Source: an uncultured Gammaproteobacteria bacterium
Lineage (GTDB): Bacteria; Pseudomonadota; Gammaproteobacteria; JACCXJ01
Assembly: GCA_963764725.1 (NCBI GenBank)
Contig: CAVXTM010000016.1
Coordinates: 277,598 to 341,597, forward strand
Direction: 5' to 3'
Length of the DNA: 64,000 bases
Within the stretch, counting starts at the first letter, position 1. Each line of letters starts with the position of its first letter. The notes under the pieces are model-generated. The model ran no database searches. It was not told where the DNA came from and saw nothing but the letters and a program-made list of their open reading frames with translations. Both the position numbers and the translations under genes were made by a program. Positions 9,435-21,906 of this stretch are shown here, piece by piece.

Positions 9435-10259
9435 TTAAACCATCGTTCCGAGAATGACGCTGGATGCTTTGAAGATCGCAACCGCCCGTTTACCGGCTTC
9501 AAGCCCAAGCGACTGAACGCTTGGATTGGTCACGATCGCGGCGATGCGCCCGCCGCCATCAATATCTAAGACCACCTCCGCGTTTACCGCTCCAGGAATC
9601 ACAGAAGCAACGGTTCCATGGAGTTGGTTGCGGGCGGAAAGCTTGGCTCCATCAAAATCGCTAGCGATGATGATGGAAGATGCCTTAATAAGTGCGAACG
9701 CTTGACTGCCGACCCTCAGTCCGAGTGCCTCTGTGCTTTCTCGGGTCACAACGGCCACGATCCGAGTGTTCTTCCCCACTATAAGTTCGATTTCGTCGTT
9801 GACCGCACCGCTCTTCACGGCAGTGACGACTCCGGAAAACTGGTTTCGGGCACTGCTTTTCATATTCAGGGTTCGCAGCAGATTAAGGTCGGACGTGAGG
9901 TCGATGGCTTCATTGCTCAGCATTTGCACGAACCGTCGATGGGCCGCTTCGATCTGGCCGAAACGCTCGACGAGTTGAAGGCCTCGCGGTGTCAATTGCG
10001 TCCAGCCTCCGCCTCGGCCGCCGCTGCTTCGTTCAACCAGCGGTTCACCCGCCAGATTGTTCATGGTGTCGACCGCATCCCAGGCGGCCTTGTAGCTCAT
10101 GCCAATCGCCTTGGCCGCCTGGGTGATCGAGCCTTTCTCCGCGATGGCGCGCAACAACCCCACGCGGCTACGGCCACCTAGGTTTTCGTCACCGACTTTC
10201 ATCCAGACCGCGCCGTCCAGTTGAATGGGATCGTTAGCTTGATTGGCTGTTTTGGCCAT
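9435..10259 (-). CDS. modE: Molybdate-responsive transcriptional regulator ModE (HTH plus two TOBE/Mop domains)
   Basis: RVGLLRAIAEKGSITQAAKAIGMSYKAAWDAVDTMNN followed by two Mop repeats (NQFSGVVTAV..., NQLHGTVASV...). Confidence 0.85.
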   Translation of the reverse strand: MAKTANQANDPIQLDGAVWMKVGDENLGGRSRVGLLRAIAEKGSITQAAKAIGMSYKAAWDAVDTMNNLAGEPLVERSSGGRGGGWTQLTPRGLQLVERFGQIEAAHRRFVQMLSNEAIDLTSDLNLLRTLNMKSSARNQFSGVVTAVKSGAVNDEIELIVGKNTRIVAVVTRESTEALGLRVGSQAFALIKASSIIIASDFDGAKLSARNQLHGTVASVIPGAVNAEVVLDIDGGGRIAAIVTNPSVQSLGLEAGKRAVAIFKASSVILGTMV

Positions 10260-10457
10260 GAGAATTCCGGATAACCGTTACGGCATCTGTTGCTTGCGGG
10301 CGAAAGCAGACTGGGAACTCGTCACAGTTCGCGCATCGACAAGACCTTGCACATGGCATGGTATTCATCAACATTCAAGCCCAGCGTGCGAACCGAGGCC
10401 GGTAGCCTGCCGTCTCGTGCGTGCTGCCGCACTGCATCGATGGCGCGGCGCTCAAGG

Positions 10458-11156
10458 CTATCCTGCTACCAGCGCATCATGATCCACTGTGTCCAGAATC
10501 GCTCGGCCGTCTTGAATGTAAATCACGGCATCTGCAAAGCAGTCAACATCCTCTTCGTCGTGAGAAATCAGAATCAGTGGAATGTTGAGCTTGGCTTGAA
10601 GCTCCGCCAGTTCCTGACGCAAATGCGCTCGTAGCCCGCGATCAAGCGCGGCAAGCGGTTCATCCAGCAGCAGTGCGCGGGGTTCGGCCACAAGACCACG
10701 GGCCAAGGCGGCCCGCTGACGTTGTCCTCCCGACAGCTGCTCGGGGTATTGATGCGCCACGGGCGCAAGGTGGAATGTTTCAAGCCAGCGGGTTACGGAG
10801 TCGTGCCGCACATTGCGTTTCGGATTCAATAGGCCGGGATGCAGCGCGAACGCAATGTTCTGAACCACCGTGAGGTGAGGGAACAGCGCGTAGTCCTGAA
10901 ATACGTAGGCAAGCTCACGCCGCTGTGGCGGCAAGTCGATGCGTGCGCGATGATCAAACAGGGAAAGCCCTTCTAGTCGAACATGTCCATCGTCGGGTGC
11001 GCTTAGACCAGCGATCATCTTCAGCGTCTGACTTTTGCCTGCACCTGACGGCCCAAACAGAACCAGCCGCCGTGCATTGCTGCGAAAGCGCACGTCGAGC
11101 TTGCAGCTGCGTTTGGTGTTCTCAAAGTGCTTGCGCACATCAACATCCCAAATCAT
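10458..11156 (-). CDS. modC: Molybdate ABC transporter ATP-binding protein
   Basis: Walker A GPSGAGKSQT, signature LSGGQRQRAALARGL, Walker B LLLDEPLAALD. The most plausible start is ATG at 11154-11156 (MIWDVDV...) preceded by GAGGA. Confidence 0.85.
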   Translation of the reverse strand: MIWDVDVRKHFENTKRSCKLDVRFRSNARRLVLFGPSGAGKSQTLKMIAGLSAPDDGHVRLEGLSLFDHRARIDLPPQRRELAYVFQDYALFPHLTVVQNIAFALHPGLLNPKRNVRHDSVTRWLETFHLAPVAHQYPEQLSGGQRQRAALARGLVAEPRALLLDEPLAALDRGLRAHLRQELAELQAKLNIPLILISHDEEDVDCFADAVIYIQDGRAILDTVDHDALVAG

Positions 11157-11166
11157 GGAGTCATCC

Positions 11167-11841
11167 TCATGGCTGACCTGCAATTCGTCCCGGCGCCAGG
11201 CGACCGGCGGCAAGCAGCACCGTGATGCAGGTCACCGATGTCACCAGCACGAGAAAATTCGCAACGTTGTCCTGCCCTGCTTGAACCGCCTCGTAAACCG
11301 CAATGGACAAGGTTTGCGTTTTCCCGGGAATGCTTCCTGCTACCATCAACGTTGCACCAAACTCCCCGGTCGCCCGGGCGAAGGCGAGCAATACCCCCGC
11401 CAAAATGCCGCGCCATGCCAAGGGCAATGTCACCCGGAAAAATACCGCTGCCTCGCTGATACGGAGAACGCGCGCAGCCTGTTCAAACTGGGGATCAACG
11501 GCTTCAAACGCCGCCCGTGCCGACTTGAAAACCAGCGGGAAGGCGACGATGGTGGCCGCAATCACGGCTCCCTGCCAGGTAAAAATGAGGTTGATGCCGA
11601 AGGTCTCCTGAAGCCAGCCGCCAATCGGTCCGTGACGTCCGAGTAACACGAGCAGATAGTAGCCGAGCACGGTGGGAGGCATGACCAGGGGCAAGGTCAG
11701 AAGTGCGTCCAATAGGTCGCGACCTGGAAACCGCTTGCGCGCCAGCAAAAAACCGATGGCGACCCCAAATGCCAAGTTGAGAACCGTAGCCCAACCCGCG
11801 ACTTTGAGTGTCAGGCTCAACGCGATCCAAGCGTTTTCCAT
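11167..11841 (-). CDS. modB: Molybdate ABC transporter permease
   Basis: Permease with the EAA-like motif EAARVLRISEAAVFFRVTLPLA; five or six TM segments. Confidence 0.9.
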   Translation of the reverse strand: MENAWIALSLTLKVAGWATVLNLAFGVAIGFLLARKRFPGRDLLDALLTLPLVMPPTVLGYYLLVLLGRHGPIGGWLQETFGINLIFTWQGAVIAATIVAFPLVFKSARAAFEAVDPQFEQAARVLRISEAAVFFRVTLPLAWRGILAGVLLAFARATGEFGATLMVAGSIPGKTQTLSIAVYEAVQAGQDNVANFLVLVTSVTCITVLLAAGRLAPGRIAGQP

Positions 11842-11850
11842 CGACAGAGA

Positions 11851-12594
11851 TCAAGGCTTGCCGAAACCGTACTTCGCGAGCACGGCTTGCGCTTGACGGG
11901 AATTGACGAAGGCGACGAACTTCTGCGCGACTGCGTGGTTGGCGCTGGCGGCGACCGGTGCAATGGGGTAAAGAATCGGGAGATCAGTCGGCACGGTGAT
12001 AGCTACTCTGACCTTGTCCGGCATGATGGCGGCGTCGGTCGCGTACACAAAACCGGCGTCCACCTCTGAGCGCGCCACATAGTCAAGTGCCTGTCGCACA
12101 GTCTGCGCGCCGATCATTTTGGGCTCGATGGCCGACCAAAGCCCCGATTTCTCCAGGGCGCTTTTCGCATAACGGCCTACCGGAACACTGGCCGGCAGTC
12201 CGATAGCGATCCGCTTATAATGCGCCTGCAAGAGGTCGTTCAACGCCTTCAGTGTGTTACCACCATCCGAAGGCACAACAACGACCAGCGTGTTGGAAAC
12301 GAAGTTGTGCCTTTCGTCTGCTTTCACAAAACCCTGTGCTTGCGCTTGATTCATCGTTTCTTGATCGGCGCTGGCAAATACATCAGCAGGGGCGCCCTTG
12401 GCGATCTGTTGTAACAGAGCCCCCGAAGCGCCGAAGTTGAACTGCAGTTTTACCCCTGGATTTTGAGGCTCGAAGAGTGAGGCCAACTCACGAAAGGCGT
12501 TGGTCAGGCTGGCTGCCGCCGACACGATTAGTTCTGCGGCAAGTGCCTGCCAACTGAGAAGTAAACCAAAGAGAGCTACAAGAAGGCGGGACAC
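11851..12594 (-). CDS. modA: Molybdate ABC transporter substrate-binding protein
   Basis: Signal peptide MSRLLVALFGLLLSWQALA, then ELIVSAAASL..FNFGASG..., typical of ModA. Confidence 0.9.
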   Translation of the reverse strand: MSRLLVALFGLLLSWQALAAELIVSAAASLTNAFRELASLFEPQNPGVKLQFNFGASGALLQQIAKGAPADVFASADQETMNQAQAQGFVKADERHNFVSNTLVVVVPSDGGNTLKALNDLLQAHYKRIAIGLPASVPVGRYAKSALEKSGLWSAIEPKMIGAQTVRQALDYVARSEVDAGFVYATDAAIMPDKVRVAITVPTDLPILYPIAPVAASANHAVAQKFVAFVNSRQAQAVLAKYGFGKP

Positions 12595-12622
12595 GAGGAG
12601 CTTTCATTTAGTCGAAAATCGT

Positions 12623-12638
12623 AATATACGCGTGTATA
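12623..12638. promoter_or_regulatory. Candidate ModE operator upstream of modA (ATATAC-GCGT-GTATAT palindrome)
   Basis: Perfect 6-bp inverted arms with a 4-bp spacer about 30 nt upstream of the modA start; this resembles the TATAT-type ModE box. Confidence 0.45.
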
Positions 12639-12842
12639 TGACGGATGTCACGGCGACGAGCGCACTACTGGACTCTAAGAAGCCACGGGACAAAGCCGCC
12701 CGAACGTGCCCGCCCGAGCAGGGCGATCTTCACGCCCAAGATCAGCGTTGGAGTTGCGCTTTGCCAGGCCCTCTCCTCCCGTCTGCAGTGAACGGCGCCA
12801 ACTCTACTATCAACTGTTCCACAACCGCACCCTTCACGCCTT

Positions 12843-13976
12843 TCACTCTTTCGCTCCTTCGCCTCTTGCCGTCCCTTCCGGTTCTTGAGGGGGCGAAATG
12901 ACGAGACTCTCTTTCGGTTCGCCGTATAGTGCGCTGTCGGTGTATTTCTGGTGCAAATACTTAAACCCAACCACGAGCGCTGCACTCGCGGGCAGCGCCA
13001 GCAGCACACCGAAAAACCCGAACAACTGGCCAAAAGCGAGCAGCGCAAAAATCACCCATACCGGATGCAGCCCGATGCGGTCTCCCACCAACCAAGGTGT
13101 GACGACCATTCCTTCCAGTAGTTGCCCGAGGAAGAAAACGATCCACACCGGGACCAACCCTCCGAGACTTTGGAATTGAATCAATCCGGCGAGCGTCGCG
13201 AGCACGAACCCGACGATGGCGCCGAGATAAGGAACAAAAGTGAGCATCCCCGCCAGGATGCCGATCGGCAGGGCAAAGTTCAGACCCACGAGCCAAAGGC
13301 CCGTGACATAAAAAACGCTTTGCAACAGCATGACCGACAATTGGCCGCGTAAAAATTGTCCCAGGACTTTGTCGACATCGCGAGCCATAGAAATGGTTTC
13401 GTCTCGAGCGCGTCTTGGAATCGTCTCACCGATCTGCGCAAGCATGAGGTCCCAGTCGCGCAAGACGTAAAACAACACCACCGGCACGAGCACCAGATTG
13501 ATCACGAGTTCGGCTAATGCGAGGCCGCCGGTTGTCAAACTAGGTATCAGCTTGGCCGCGAAACTTTTGGCGGCGGGAAGATTCTCCATCAGCGCCTGTT
13601 TGATTCCCTGGATATCCAGTTCGAAATCGATTCCGAAACGATGCAACCAGGGCGTTATGTAAGAGCTTAACGCTTCCAGATATCGCGGATAGTTTTGCAT
13701 CAAGGTTGCCGCCTGCTGTTCGAACAAAGGCACCAGAATGACCAGTATCAGGATCATAAGCCCGATCAACAAGAACATGACTATCAATACACTGAGTGTG
13801 CGAGGAATTTTTTTGGCTTCCAGCCGATCCACCAGCGGGTCGCCCATGTAGGCCAGAATCGCAGCTAATAAAAACGGCGTCAGAATCGGGCTCAGGAGGT
13901 AAATAAGAACGCCAAAGAGCACGGCAAGCGCGAGCCAGAAAAAAGAACGCGCGCTTATAACTTGTTCAGAAGACAT
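12843..13976 (-). CDS. AI-2E family (PerM/YhhT-like) transporter
   Basis: 377 aa; eight predicted TM segments; LLAAILAYMGDPLVDRLE... Confidence 0.8.
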   Translation of the reverse strand: MSSEQVISARSFFWLALAVLFGVLIYLLSPILTPFLLAAILAYMGDPLVDRLEAKKIPRTLSVLIVMFLLIGLMILILVILVPLFEQQAATLMQNYPRYLEALSSYITPWLHRFGIDFELDIQGIKQALMENLPAAKSFAAKLIPSLTTGGLALAELVINLVLVPVVLFYVLRDWDLMLAQIGETIPRRARDETISMARDVDKVLGQFLRGQLSVMLLQSVFYVTGLWLVGLNFALPIGILAGMLTFVPYLGAIVGFVLATLAGLIQFQSLGGLVPVWIVFFLGQLLEGMVVTPWLVGDRIGLHPVWVIFALLAFGQLFGFFGVLLALPASAALVVGFKYLHQKYTDSALYGEPKESLVISPPQEPEGTARGEGAKE

Positions 13977-14073
13977 TAGTTAAAATCGGCGGCGTGCGGT
14001 TGATCTTCGAGCGGTAACTTTAGCGGCTGACGATTCAGAACTCAAATGAAATGGGCATGACCGCGGACGTTTT

Positions 14074-15015
<942 letters not shown>

Positions 15016-15059
15016 TTATCTTGAGATATGCTATAAAGTCTTTTTATCGGGGAACCCCC

Positions 15060-15653
15060 ATGAGCCCACGCGCAGCACAGGTACAACGCGATACGCAGGA
15101 AACCCAGATCGGCGTGACCTTGGATCTCGATGGCGCCGGTCGGTCGGATCTCGATACCGGGATCCCCTTTCTCGACCATATGCTCGATCAGGTGGCGCGG
15201 CACGGGTTGATCGACCTCAAGATCGAAGCGCGCGGCGATCTCCACATCGACGCGCACCACAGCGTCGAAGACATCGGCATCGCGATCGGTCAGGCGCTCG
15301 CGCAAGCGCTCGGCGACAAGCGCGGGATTAGGCGCTACGGCCATGCATACGTCCCGCTCGATGAGGCGCTGTCGCGGGTGGTCATCGACTGTTCGGGACG
15401 GCCCGGTCTCGAGTTTCACGTGGATTTTCCGCGTGCGCGCGTCGGGGATTTCGATGTCGATCTTTTCTACGAATTCTTCCACGGGTTCGCCAACCACGCG
15501 CGCGTAACGCTTCACATCGACACGTTTCGCGGCCGCAACGCCCATCATATTATCGAGACCGTCTTCAAAGCCTTCGGTCGCGCCTTGCGCATGGCCGTCG
15601 AGTCCGACCCGCGGCTTGAGGGCGCCGTGCCCTCGACCAAGGGCAGCCTCTGA
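15060..15653 (+). CDS. hisB: Imidazoleglycerol-phosphate dehydratase
   Basis: [18 protein letters not shown]...[21 protein letters not shown]...[10 protein letters not shown]...[14 protein letters not shown]. Confidence 0.9.
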   Translation: MSPRAAQVQRDTQETQIGVTLDLDGAGRSDLDTGIPFLDHMLDQVARHGLIDLKIEARGDLHIDAHHSVEDIGIAIGQALAQALGDKRGIRRYGHAYVPLDEALSRVVIDCSGRPGLEFHVDFPRARVGDFDVDLFYEFFHGFANHARVTLHIDTFRGRNAHHIIETVFKAFGRALRMAVESDPRLEGAVPSTKGSL

Positions 15654-15680
15654 GAGCTTGTGAATAAATCTACTGCGCAG
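15651..15680 (+). repeat. Boundary repeat copy TGAGAGCTTGTGAATAAATCTACTGCGCAG (contains the hisB stop)
   Basis: One of five copies of a roughly 28-nt motif (see findings). Confidence 0.6.
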
Positions 15681-15707
15681 CCCACGCCGCGCGCCGTTCA
15701 TCGCACG

Positions 15708-16358
15708 ATGCAAACCGTCGTTGTTCTCGATTACGGCATGAGCAACCTGCGCTCGGTTGCCAAGGCCATCGAGTACGTGTCGGAAGGCCGGCACCGCGTC
15801 CTCGTGAGCGGCCGCCCGGATGATCTCGTGCGCGCCGATCGCATCGTCTTCCCGGGACAAGGTGCGAGCGGCGACTGCATGGAGCATATCACGGCCATGG
15901 GGCTCGATCGCGTGCTGCGCGAGGTCCTTTCCGCGAAGCCGTTTCTCGGGATCTGCCTGGGGCTGCAATCCCTGATGGAGTGGAGTGAGGAGGGGGGCGG
16001 CACGCCGGGCCTCGGGGTATACCCGGGACAGGTCGTGCGTTTTCCGCGAGAGCTGCATGCCCCGGACAGTGAGGATATTTTAAAGGTCCCGCACATGGGG
16101 TGGAATCAGGTGTGGCCGACGGATTCTCATCATTTGTGGGCGGGTATTGCTCCGGGCGAGCGCTTTTACTTCGTCCACAGCTATTTCGTGTTGCCCAAGG
16201 AAGAGGACCTTACGGCTGCTTATACGGAGTATGGCGTGCGGTTTACCGCAGCTCTCGCGCGCGGCAATGTATTCGCGGTGCAGTTCCATCCCGAGAAAAG
16301 CCAGCAGCCGGGACTGCGCCTACTCAGAAACTTTCTGCACTGGGACGGCAGCGCTTAA
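15708..16358 (+). CDS. hisH: Imidazole glycerol phosphate synthase, glutamine amidotransferase subunit
   Basis: MQTVVVLDYGMSNLRSV...GICLGLQ...VQFHPEKS (Cys-His-Glu triad context). Confidence 0.9.
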   Translation: MQTVVVLDYGMSNLRSVAKAIEYVSEGRHRVLVSGRPDDLVRADRIVFPGQGASGDCMEHITAMGLDRVLREVLSAKPFLGICLGLQSLMEWSEEGGGTPGLGVYPGQVVRFPRELHAPDSEDILKVPHMGWNQVWPTDSHHLWAGIAPGERFYFVHSYFVLPKEEDLTAAYTEYGVRFTAALARGNVFAVQFHPEKSQQPGLRLLRNFLHWDGSA

Positions 16359-17653
16359 GCCTCCGCTTCCCTCGTCTCCCGCGCCACCGCCCGGAAGCCG
16401 ATGTCCGGACGGTAATACATCCCCTGCCATTGGATTTTTTTGATCCGGGCATAGGCGAGCGACTGGGCCTCGCTGACTGTCGCGCCTAGTGCGCACACAC
16501 ACGCCACGCGGCCGCCGGCCGTGACGATCCGTCCCTCCCTTATCGCAGTGCCGGAATGAAAGACCGTGGTGTCCGCGGGATGTTCGGCATCGAGGCCCGC
16601 GATCACATCGCCTATGCGAGGGGCGCCGGGATAGCCCGCCGCCGCGAGCACGACACCGAGGGCGGCGCGTTGATCCCAGTGCGGCTGGATTATCTTCAGA
16701 CGGCCCGCGAGCCCTGCCTCGATGATCTCGACGAGATCCGAGCGTAATCGCAATAAAATGACCTCGGCCTCCGGATCGCCTAAGCGGCAATTGTACTCAA
16801 GCACCCGCGGCGTGCCGTCGGGAGCCACCATGACACCGACATACAGGAAACCCCGATAGGGCCGGCCTTCCCGCGCCATCCCGTGTATCGTCGGCAGCAG
16901 GATTTCGCTCATTACCCGATCGCTCACCTCTTGGGTGAGCACGGGGGCAGGCGAATAAGCTCCCATGCCCCCAGTATTGGGTCCGCGGTCCCCGGCATCG
17001 CGCGCCTTGTGATCCTGTGCGCTCGCGAGAGGCACGACATCGATGCCGTCGCTTACCACGATAAAGCTCGCCTCCTCGCCTTCCAAGAACCCCTCGACGA
17101 CGATTTCCTGCCCGGCGCTGCCGAAGGCGTGGCCCGCGAGCATATCGCTGGCCGCCCGGACGGCCTCATCAGTGGATTGAGCGATAACCACGCCCTTACC
17201 CGCCGCGAGGCCGTTGGCCTTGATGACCAGCGGGAGCGCCTGGGCTCGAATATACGCGCTGGCGGCGTGGAGATCCGAAAAAGATGCGTAAGGCGCCGTG
17301 GCTACGCCGTGGCGGTCCATAAAGGACTTCGCATAGACTTTGGAGCCCTCGAGCACGGCCGCCGACCGGCTCGGACCAAAGCACCGGAGCCCCGCCTCGT
17401 CGAAGCGGTCCACGATCCCGGCCACCAGTGGCACCTCCGATCCGACCAGAGTGAGGTCAACCCGAGCGCTCCGGGCGAAGGCGAGGAGGGCCGCGAGATC
17501 GCCGGCCGGGATGGCGACGTTTTCAACCTTGTGTTCGCGCGCCGTGCCGACGTTCCCCGGCGCCACGTAGACGCGATCGACGTGTGCGGAGCTCGCCACC
17601 TTCCACGCAAGGGCGTGCTCGCGCCCTCCCCCGCCAACGATTAGAACCTTCAC
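16355..17653 (-). CDS. purD: Phosphoribosylamine--glycine ligase
   Basis: [18 protein letters not shown]... ATP-grasp. GTG start at 17651-17653, directly downstream of the purH TGA. Confidence 0.9.
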   Translation of the reverse strand: MKVLIVGGGGREHALAWKVASSAHVDRVYVAPGNVGTAREHKVENVAIPAGDLAALLAFARSARVDLTLVGSEVPLVAGIVDRFDEAGLRCFGPSRSAAVLEGSKVYAKSFMDRHGVATAPYASFSDLHAASAYIRAQALPLVIKANGLAAGKGVVIAQSTDEAVRAASDMLAGHAFGSAGQEIVVEGFLEGEEASFIVVSDGIDVVPLASAQDHKARDAGDRGPNTGGMGAYSPAPVLTQEVSDRVMSEILLPTIHGMAREGRPYRGFLYVGVMVAPDGTPRVLEYNCRLGDPEAEVILLRLRSDLVEIIEAGLAGRLKIIQPHWDQRAALGVVLAAAGYPGAPRIGDVIAGLDAEHPADTTVFHSGTAIREGRIVTAGGRVACVCALGATVSEAQSLAYARIKKIQWQGMYYRPDIGFRAVARETREAEA

Positions 17654-17654
17654 T

Positions 17655-19208
17655 TCATGAATGGCGGAAGTGCCGGATCCCCGTGAAGACCATGGCCATG
17701 CCGTGCTCGTCGGCGGCACCGATCACTTCAGTGTCGCGGATGGAACCGCCGGGCTGGATCACTGCGGTGACGCCGACCGCCGCGGCGGCGTCGATGCTAT
17801 CGCGAAACGGGAAGAAGGCGTCCGAGGCCATGACCGAAGCCCGGAGATCGAGGCCCGCGTCGGCGGCTTTCATGACGCCGAGGCGGGCGCTGTAGACCCG
17901 GCTCATCTGGCCGGCGCCGATACCCGCGGTCTGGCCGGCTTTGGCGTAAACGATGGCATTCGATTTGACGAACTTCACCACTCGCCAGGCAAACAGCAGA
18001 TCGGCGATTTCGGCTTCGGTCGGGCCACGCTGGGTCACGACTTTCACGTCGGCAAATTCTACCGCGGCCTCATCCCGCTCCTGCACTAAGAGGCCACCCT
18101 GCACGCGCTTGTAATCGAATGCCTTCCGAGCGTGTGCCTCCGGCTGACCGACGGTGAGCACGCGCACGTCTTGTTTGCGTTGCACTACCGGGAGGGCCTC
18201 CGGCGCGACGCCCAGCGCGGCGATCACCTCTACGAATTGGCGTGCGAGGATGGCCTCGGCGGTGTCCGCGTCAAGGATGCGGTTGAAGGCGATGATCCCG
18301 CCGAAGGCGGAGGTAGGATCGGTCGCGTAAGCGCGTTCGTAGGCCACTCGCGGCGATTCGGCGAGCGCTACCCCACACGGATTGGCGTGCTTGACGATGG
18401 CACAGGCGGGCGCGGAAAAGGAAAACACGCACTCCAAGGCCACATCGGTGTCGGCGATATTGTTGAAGGAGAGATCTTTGCCTTGCAGTTGTTTGGATGC
18501 GGCGACGCTGCCCGGCGGCGGATCGGTTTCCGCATAGAAGGCGGCGCGTTGGTGAGGGTTTTCGCCGTAACGGAGCTCTTGGCGCTTGGCATAGCACGGG
18601 CAATACAGGCGCGGGAAACCTTGGTCCGCCGCGTCCATATAAGCGGCAATCAAAGAATCGTAGCGCGCAGTATAAGCGAATGCCTTGGCCGCCAAGCGGT
18701 AGCGCGTTCCGGTGCTGATGCTGGCGTTCGCGGTCCGCATCTCTTCGATGAGCGGGGCATAATCGCCCGGGTCGACCACGACCGTGACTGCGCCATGATT
18801 CTTGGCTGCGGCGCGCACCAAGGCCGGGCCACCGACGTCGATATTCTCAGTGGCCTCGGCGAGGGTGCAATCGGCCCTCGCGACGGTGCTTTCGAACGGA
18901 TACAGGTTGACGACGACCAGATCGATGGGACCGATCCCGTGGGCCTGCATCAGCGGCTCATCGATACCTCGACGGCCGAGGATGCCGCCGTAGACCTTCG
19001 GGTGCAGGGTCTTGACGCGCCCGCCCATGATTTCGGGAAAGCCGGTATAGTCCGACACCTCGATGGCTTGCAGGGCGTGCTCCGCCAGCAACCGCGCCGT
19101 ACCTCCCGTCAACAATAGTTGCACGCCCTGCCCGGTTAAAAACCGCGCGAGATCCACGAGGCCGGTCTTATCGGAGACACTCAAAAGCGCACGTCGTATA
19201 GACCGCAT
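17655..19208 (-). CDS. purH: Bifunctional AICAR transformylase / IMP cyclohydrolase
   Basis: [24 protein letters not shown]... Confidence 0.95.
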   Translation of the reverse strand: MRSIRRALLSVSDKTGLVDLARFLTGQGVQLLLTGGTARLLAEHALQAIEVSDYTGFPEIMGGRVKTLHPKVYGGILGRRGIDEPLMQAHGIGPIDLVVVNLYPFESTVARADCTLAEATENIDVGGPALVRAAAKNHGAVTVVVDPGDYAPLIEEMRTANASISTGTRYRLAAKAFAYTARYDSLIAAYMDAADQGFPRLYCPCYAKRQELRYGENPHQRAAFYAETDPPPGSVAASKQLQGKDLSFNNIADTDVALECVFSFSAPACAIVKHANPCGVALAESPRVAYERAYATDPTSAFGGIIAFNRILDADTAEAILARQFVEVIAALGVAPEALPVVQRKQDVRVLTVGQPEAHARKAFDYKRVQGGLLVQERDEAAVEFADVKVVTQRGPTEAEIADLLFAWRVVKFVKSNAIVYAKAGQTAGIGAGQMSRVYSARLGVMKAADAGLDLRASVMASDAFFPFRDSIDAAAAVGVTAVIQPGGSIRDTEVIGAADEHGMAMVFTGIRHFRHS

Positions 19209-19233
19209 CGGCTGGGGCCGTTCCTGACCGTGG

Positions 19234-19548
19234 CTAGATCAAGCTGTATTTCTTGAGGCGGGTACGCAGTGTGTTGCGATTCAGGCCCAAGATTTGGGCC
19301 GCCTTCGAAAGGTTGCCCCCGGTCTGCGCCAGCACGGCCTCGAATAACGGCCGCTCGACTTCGCTAAGCACTAGCGCGTAGAGCCCGGCCGGGCTATGGC
19401 CGTTGAGATTGGCAAAGTAGATCTGCAAGGACTGCGTGATGCACTGACGAATCGGTTGATTTCTGCGCTCGACGAATACCGCTGGCCTAGAAAGCTCGTG
19501 GTCTAATATGCGAGTCATGCCGGCGACTTCTCCTACTATCATGTTCAC
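19234..19548 (-). CDS. fis: Fis family DNA-binding protein
   Basis: C-terminal [27 protein letters not shown]; about 100 aa; immediately upstream of purH, as in many gamma- and betaproteobacteria. Confidence 0.85.
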   Translation of the reverse strand: MNMIVGEVAGMTRILDHELSRPAVFVERRNQPIRQCITQSLQIYFANLNGHSPAGLYALVLSEVERPLFEAVLAQTGGNLSKAAQILGLNRNTLRTRLKKYSLI

Positions 19549-19734
19549 CCTCCCCTCTGCTACCGGCGGTTATCGTAGTGTTTCGTTCTTAAGAGATTGC
19601 GCCGGCCCCGCCGGTACCCAACGCGTGTTCTCTCGATGATTTCTACGGCGATGTGGTAGGTACCCATGATAACGGGAAACGAGTCGTGATTGAAGCCATT
19701 GACAACGGCTTTAAGCGATGTCGGGCGAAGCGCG

Positions 19735-20460
19735 TTACAGGAACTTAAACTCGAAACTCACCGGGTTTTTCCGCGGGCCTTGCACTTCCAGGACGATATG
19801 AACCGGGATCCCAGGCGGCATCGCCAGCGCCGGGTCAACATGTTTTTCGAGGTACTCCTTGGGCACAAACCGGCGAGCGGCGAGGACTTGGCCGTCCGTA
19901 TCGTACAAACCGAGCTGCAGCACCGGGTAGGGCTGGGGGAATTCCGCATAATTGGTGAAGAGGGCGTTGATCAACAGTGCGTCTGCGGCACGCGGATGGA
20001 CGCGCACATCGCGCGAGACCAGCCGGATGAGGCTCGGATCGCGGTAGTGGGGCAACTGGCAATGCCCGCAAGCCCACTCCAGCGGCGGGCGCGCTACGGG
20101 GAACAGCGCGAGCAGGCGGGACCCTTGAAACCATGCGATCTGACCCAGCAACAGCATCAAGAGTATGACGGCCGCCGCGCCCCACGCGCTCGGGCGGTGT
20201 TTCGGGACCAGCCCCTCGATGGCGGTCAGATCGAGCGCCTGGGCTAGGGCGCTGTCGGCAGCCTGAGCCACATCGGTGCGGCCCGTCGTGGCGTCCCCGG
20301 CCGCAGCGCGCGTTGGGGGTTCGCTTTGCGCGTCAACCAAAGCCTCCAAGGCATCGAAGACGCTGTGGCAAATCCCGCAGCGCACCTTGCCGTGTGCCGC
20401 CTTGAGCTCGCTCGCGGAAAGGCGAAATAGCGTACGGCATTCCGGACAGCGCGCCAGCAT
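19735..20460 (-). CDS. Zinc-ribbon plus DUF3426-type membrane protein
   Basis: N-terminal MLARCPECRTLFRLS...VRCGICHSVF (MJ0042-type zinc finger), a TM segment, then a C-terminal beta-rich domain; typical of the neighbourhood of accC/fis. Confidence 0.65.
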   Translation of the reverse strand: MLARCPECRTLFRLSASELKAAHGKVRCGICHSVFDALEALVDAQSEPPTRAAAGDATTGRTDVAQAADSALAQALDLTAIEGLVPKHRPSAWGAAAVILLMLLLGQIAWFQGSRLLALFPVARPPLEWACGHCQLPHYRDPSLIRLVSRDVRVHPRAADALLINALFTNYAEFPQPYPVLQLGLYDTDGQVLAARRFVPKEYLEKHVDPALAMPPGIPVHIVLEVQGPRKNPVSFEFKFL

Positions 20461-20535
20461 CGTTTCAGCGCCCTGGCGCGCCCGCCCCGGTCAGCCGCCT
20501 GGCAGGCACGAGGACCCACTCCTCGATCCGTTCTA

Positions 20536-20563
20536 CCGCAGTAGATTTACTCACAAGCTCTCA
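20536..20563 (-). repeat. Boundary repeat copy (minus-sense TGAGAGCTTGTGAGTAAATCTACTGCGG, contains the accC stop)
   Basis: 27/30 identical to the hisB copy. Confidence 0.6.
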
Positions 20564-21904
20564 GGTCAGTCCCAGCTTCTTTTCGAGATAATGGATATCC
20601 ATAGCGCCCGCGCGAAATCCTTCGTCATTCATCATATTGCGATGCAAGGGCAGGTTGGTCTTGATCCCGTCGATCACAATCTCAGTGAGGGCGTTAATCA
20701 TGCGCGCGAGCGCGATGCTTCGGCTCTCGCCGTGAGCGATGAGCTTGCCGATCAAGGAATCGTAGTAAGGCGGAACCGCATAGCCTTGGTAAATATGCGT
20801 ATCCAAGCGGATCCCGGGACCGCCGGGCGGATGAAATAAAGTGATCGTGCCGGGCGAGGGCATGAAGGTTTCGTGATCTTCGGCGTTGATCCGGCACTCG
20901 ATTGCATGACCACGGAGGATGATCTGGTCCTGGCGATAACTCAGAGGTTCGCCGCTCGCGATGAGGATCTGTTCTTTGACGAGATCCACCCCAGTGACCA
21001 TTTCGGTGACTGGATGCTCCACCTGAATGCGCGTGTTCATTTCGATGAAGTAAAACTGAGCATCTTGATAGAGAAACTCAAACGTGCCGGCGCCGCGGTA
21101 GCCGATTTCCTGGCAGGCTTGCACACATCGCATGCCGATAGCGTCTCTAATTTCCGCGCCGAGACCCGAGGCGGGCGCTTCTTCGATGACCTTTTGGTGG
21201 CGCCGCTGCGTCGAGCAATCGCGTTCCCCGAGGTGTATGGCGTTGCCGAGGGTGTCGGCGAGGACCTGGATCTCGATGTGGCGCGGTGTCTCAAGGTATT
21301 TTTCAAGATAGACGGAACCGTTTCCGAAAGCCGCGCGGGCCTCCCCGCTGGTAAGGGCGATGGCATTGAGCAGCGCGGCTTCGCCATGCACCACTCGCAT
21401 GCCGCGCCCTCCCCCGCCTCCCGCGGCCTTGATCATGATCGGATAACCGATCGCGCGTGCGATCCGGAGGTTCTCGTCGACATCGACGCCGAGGGGTCCG
21501 TCGGAACCAGGCACGCAGGAGACTCCTGCTTGTTTCATCACGCGGATGGCGGATACCTTGTCGCCCATCAGCCGGATCGTTTCCGGCCTCGGGCCGATGA
21601 AGATGAAACCGCTTTGCTCGACGCGCTCGGCGAAGTCGGCGTTTTCCGCGAGGAACCCATAACCCGGGTGGATGGCCACGGCGTCGGTGACCTCGGCGGC
21701 GCTGATCAAGGCTGGGCCGTTCAAATAACTTTCCGCCGAGGGCGCCGGACCGATGCACACCGACTCGTCGGCGAGACGCACCGGTTTTAGATCGCGATCC
21801 GCGGTCGAATGAACCGCAACGGTCTTGATCCCCAACTCGCGGCAGGCGCGTAAAACTCTGAGCGCGATCTCACCCCGGTTGGCTATCACGATTTTGTCAA
21901 GCAT
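20561..21904 (-). CDS. accC: Acetyl-CoA carboxylase biotin carboxylase subunit
   Basis: [33 protein letters not shown]... ATP-grasp. Confidence 0.95.
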   Translation of the reverse strand: MLDKIVIANRGEIALRVLRACRELGIKTVAVHSTADRDLKPVRLADESVCIGPAPSAESYLNGPALISAAEVTDAVAIHPGYGFLAENADFAERVEQSGFIFIGPRPETIRLMGDKVSAIRVMKQAGVSCVPGSDGPLGVDVDENLRIARAIGYPIMIKAAGGGGGRGMRVVHGEAALLNAIALTSGEARAAFGNGSVYLEKYLETPRHIEIQVLADTLGNAIHLGERDCSTQRRHQKVIEEAPASGLGAEIRDAIGMRCVQACQEIGYRGAGTFEFLYQDAQFYFIEMNTRIQVEHPVTEMVTGVDLVKEQILIASGEPLSYRQDQIILRGHAIECRINAEDHETFMPSPGTITLFHPPGGPGIRLDTHIYQGYAVPPYYDSLIGKLIAHGESRSIALARMINALTEIVIDGIKTNLPLHRNMMNDEGFRAGAMDIHYLEKKLGLT

Positions 21905-21906
21905 GG

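Noticed and set aside
17651-17657. purH/purD junction TGAAGTG as a frameshift or fusion
   Set aside because: An ordinary stop (TGA), one nucleotide, then a GTG start; translational coupling is not an anomaly.
18132-19118. 328-aa plus-strand ORF
   Set aside because: Shadow frame inside purH.
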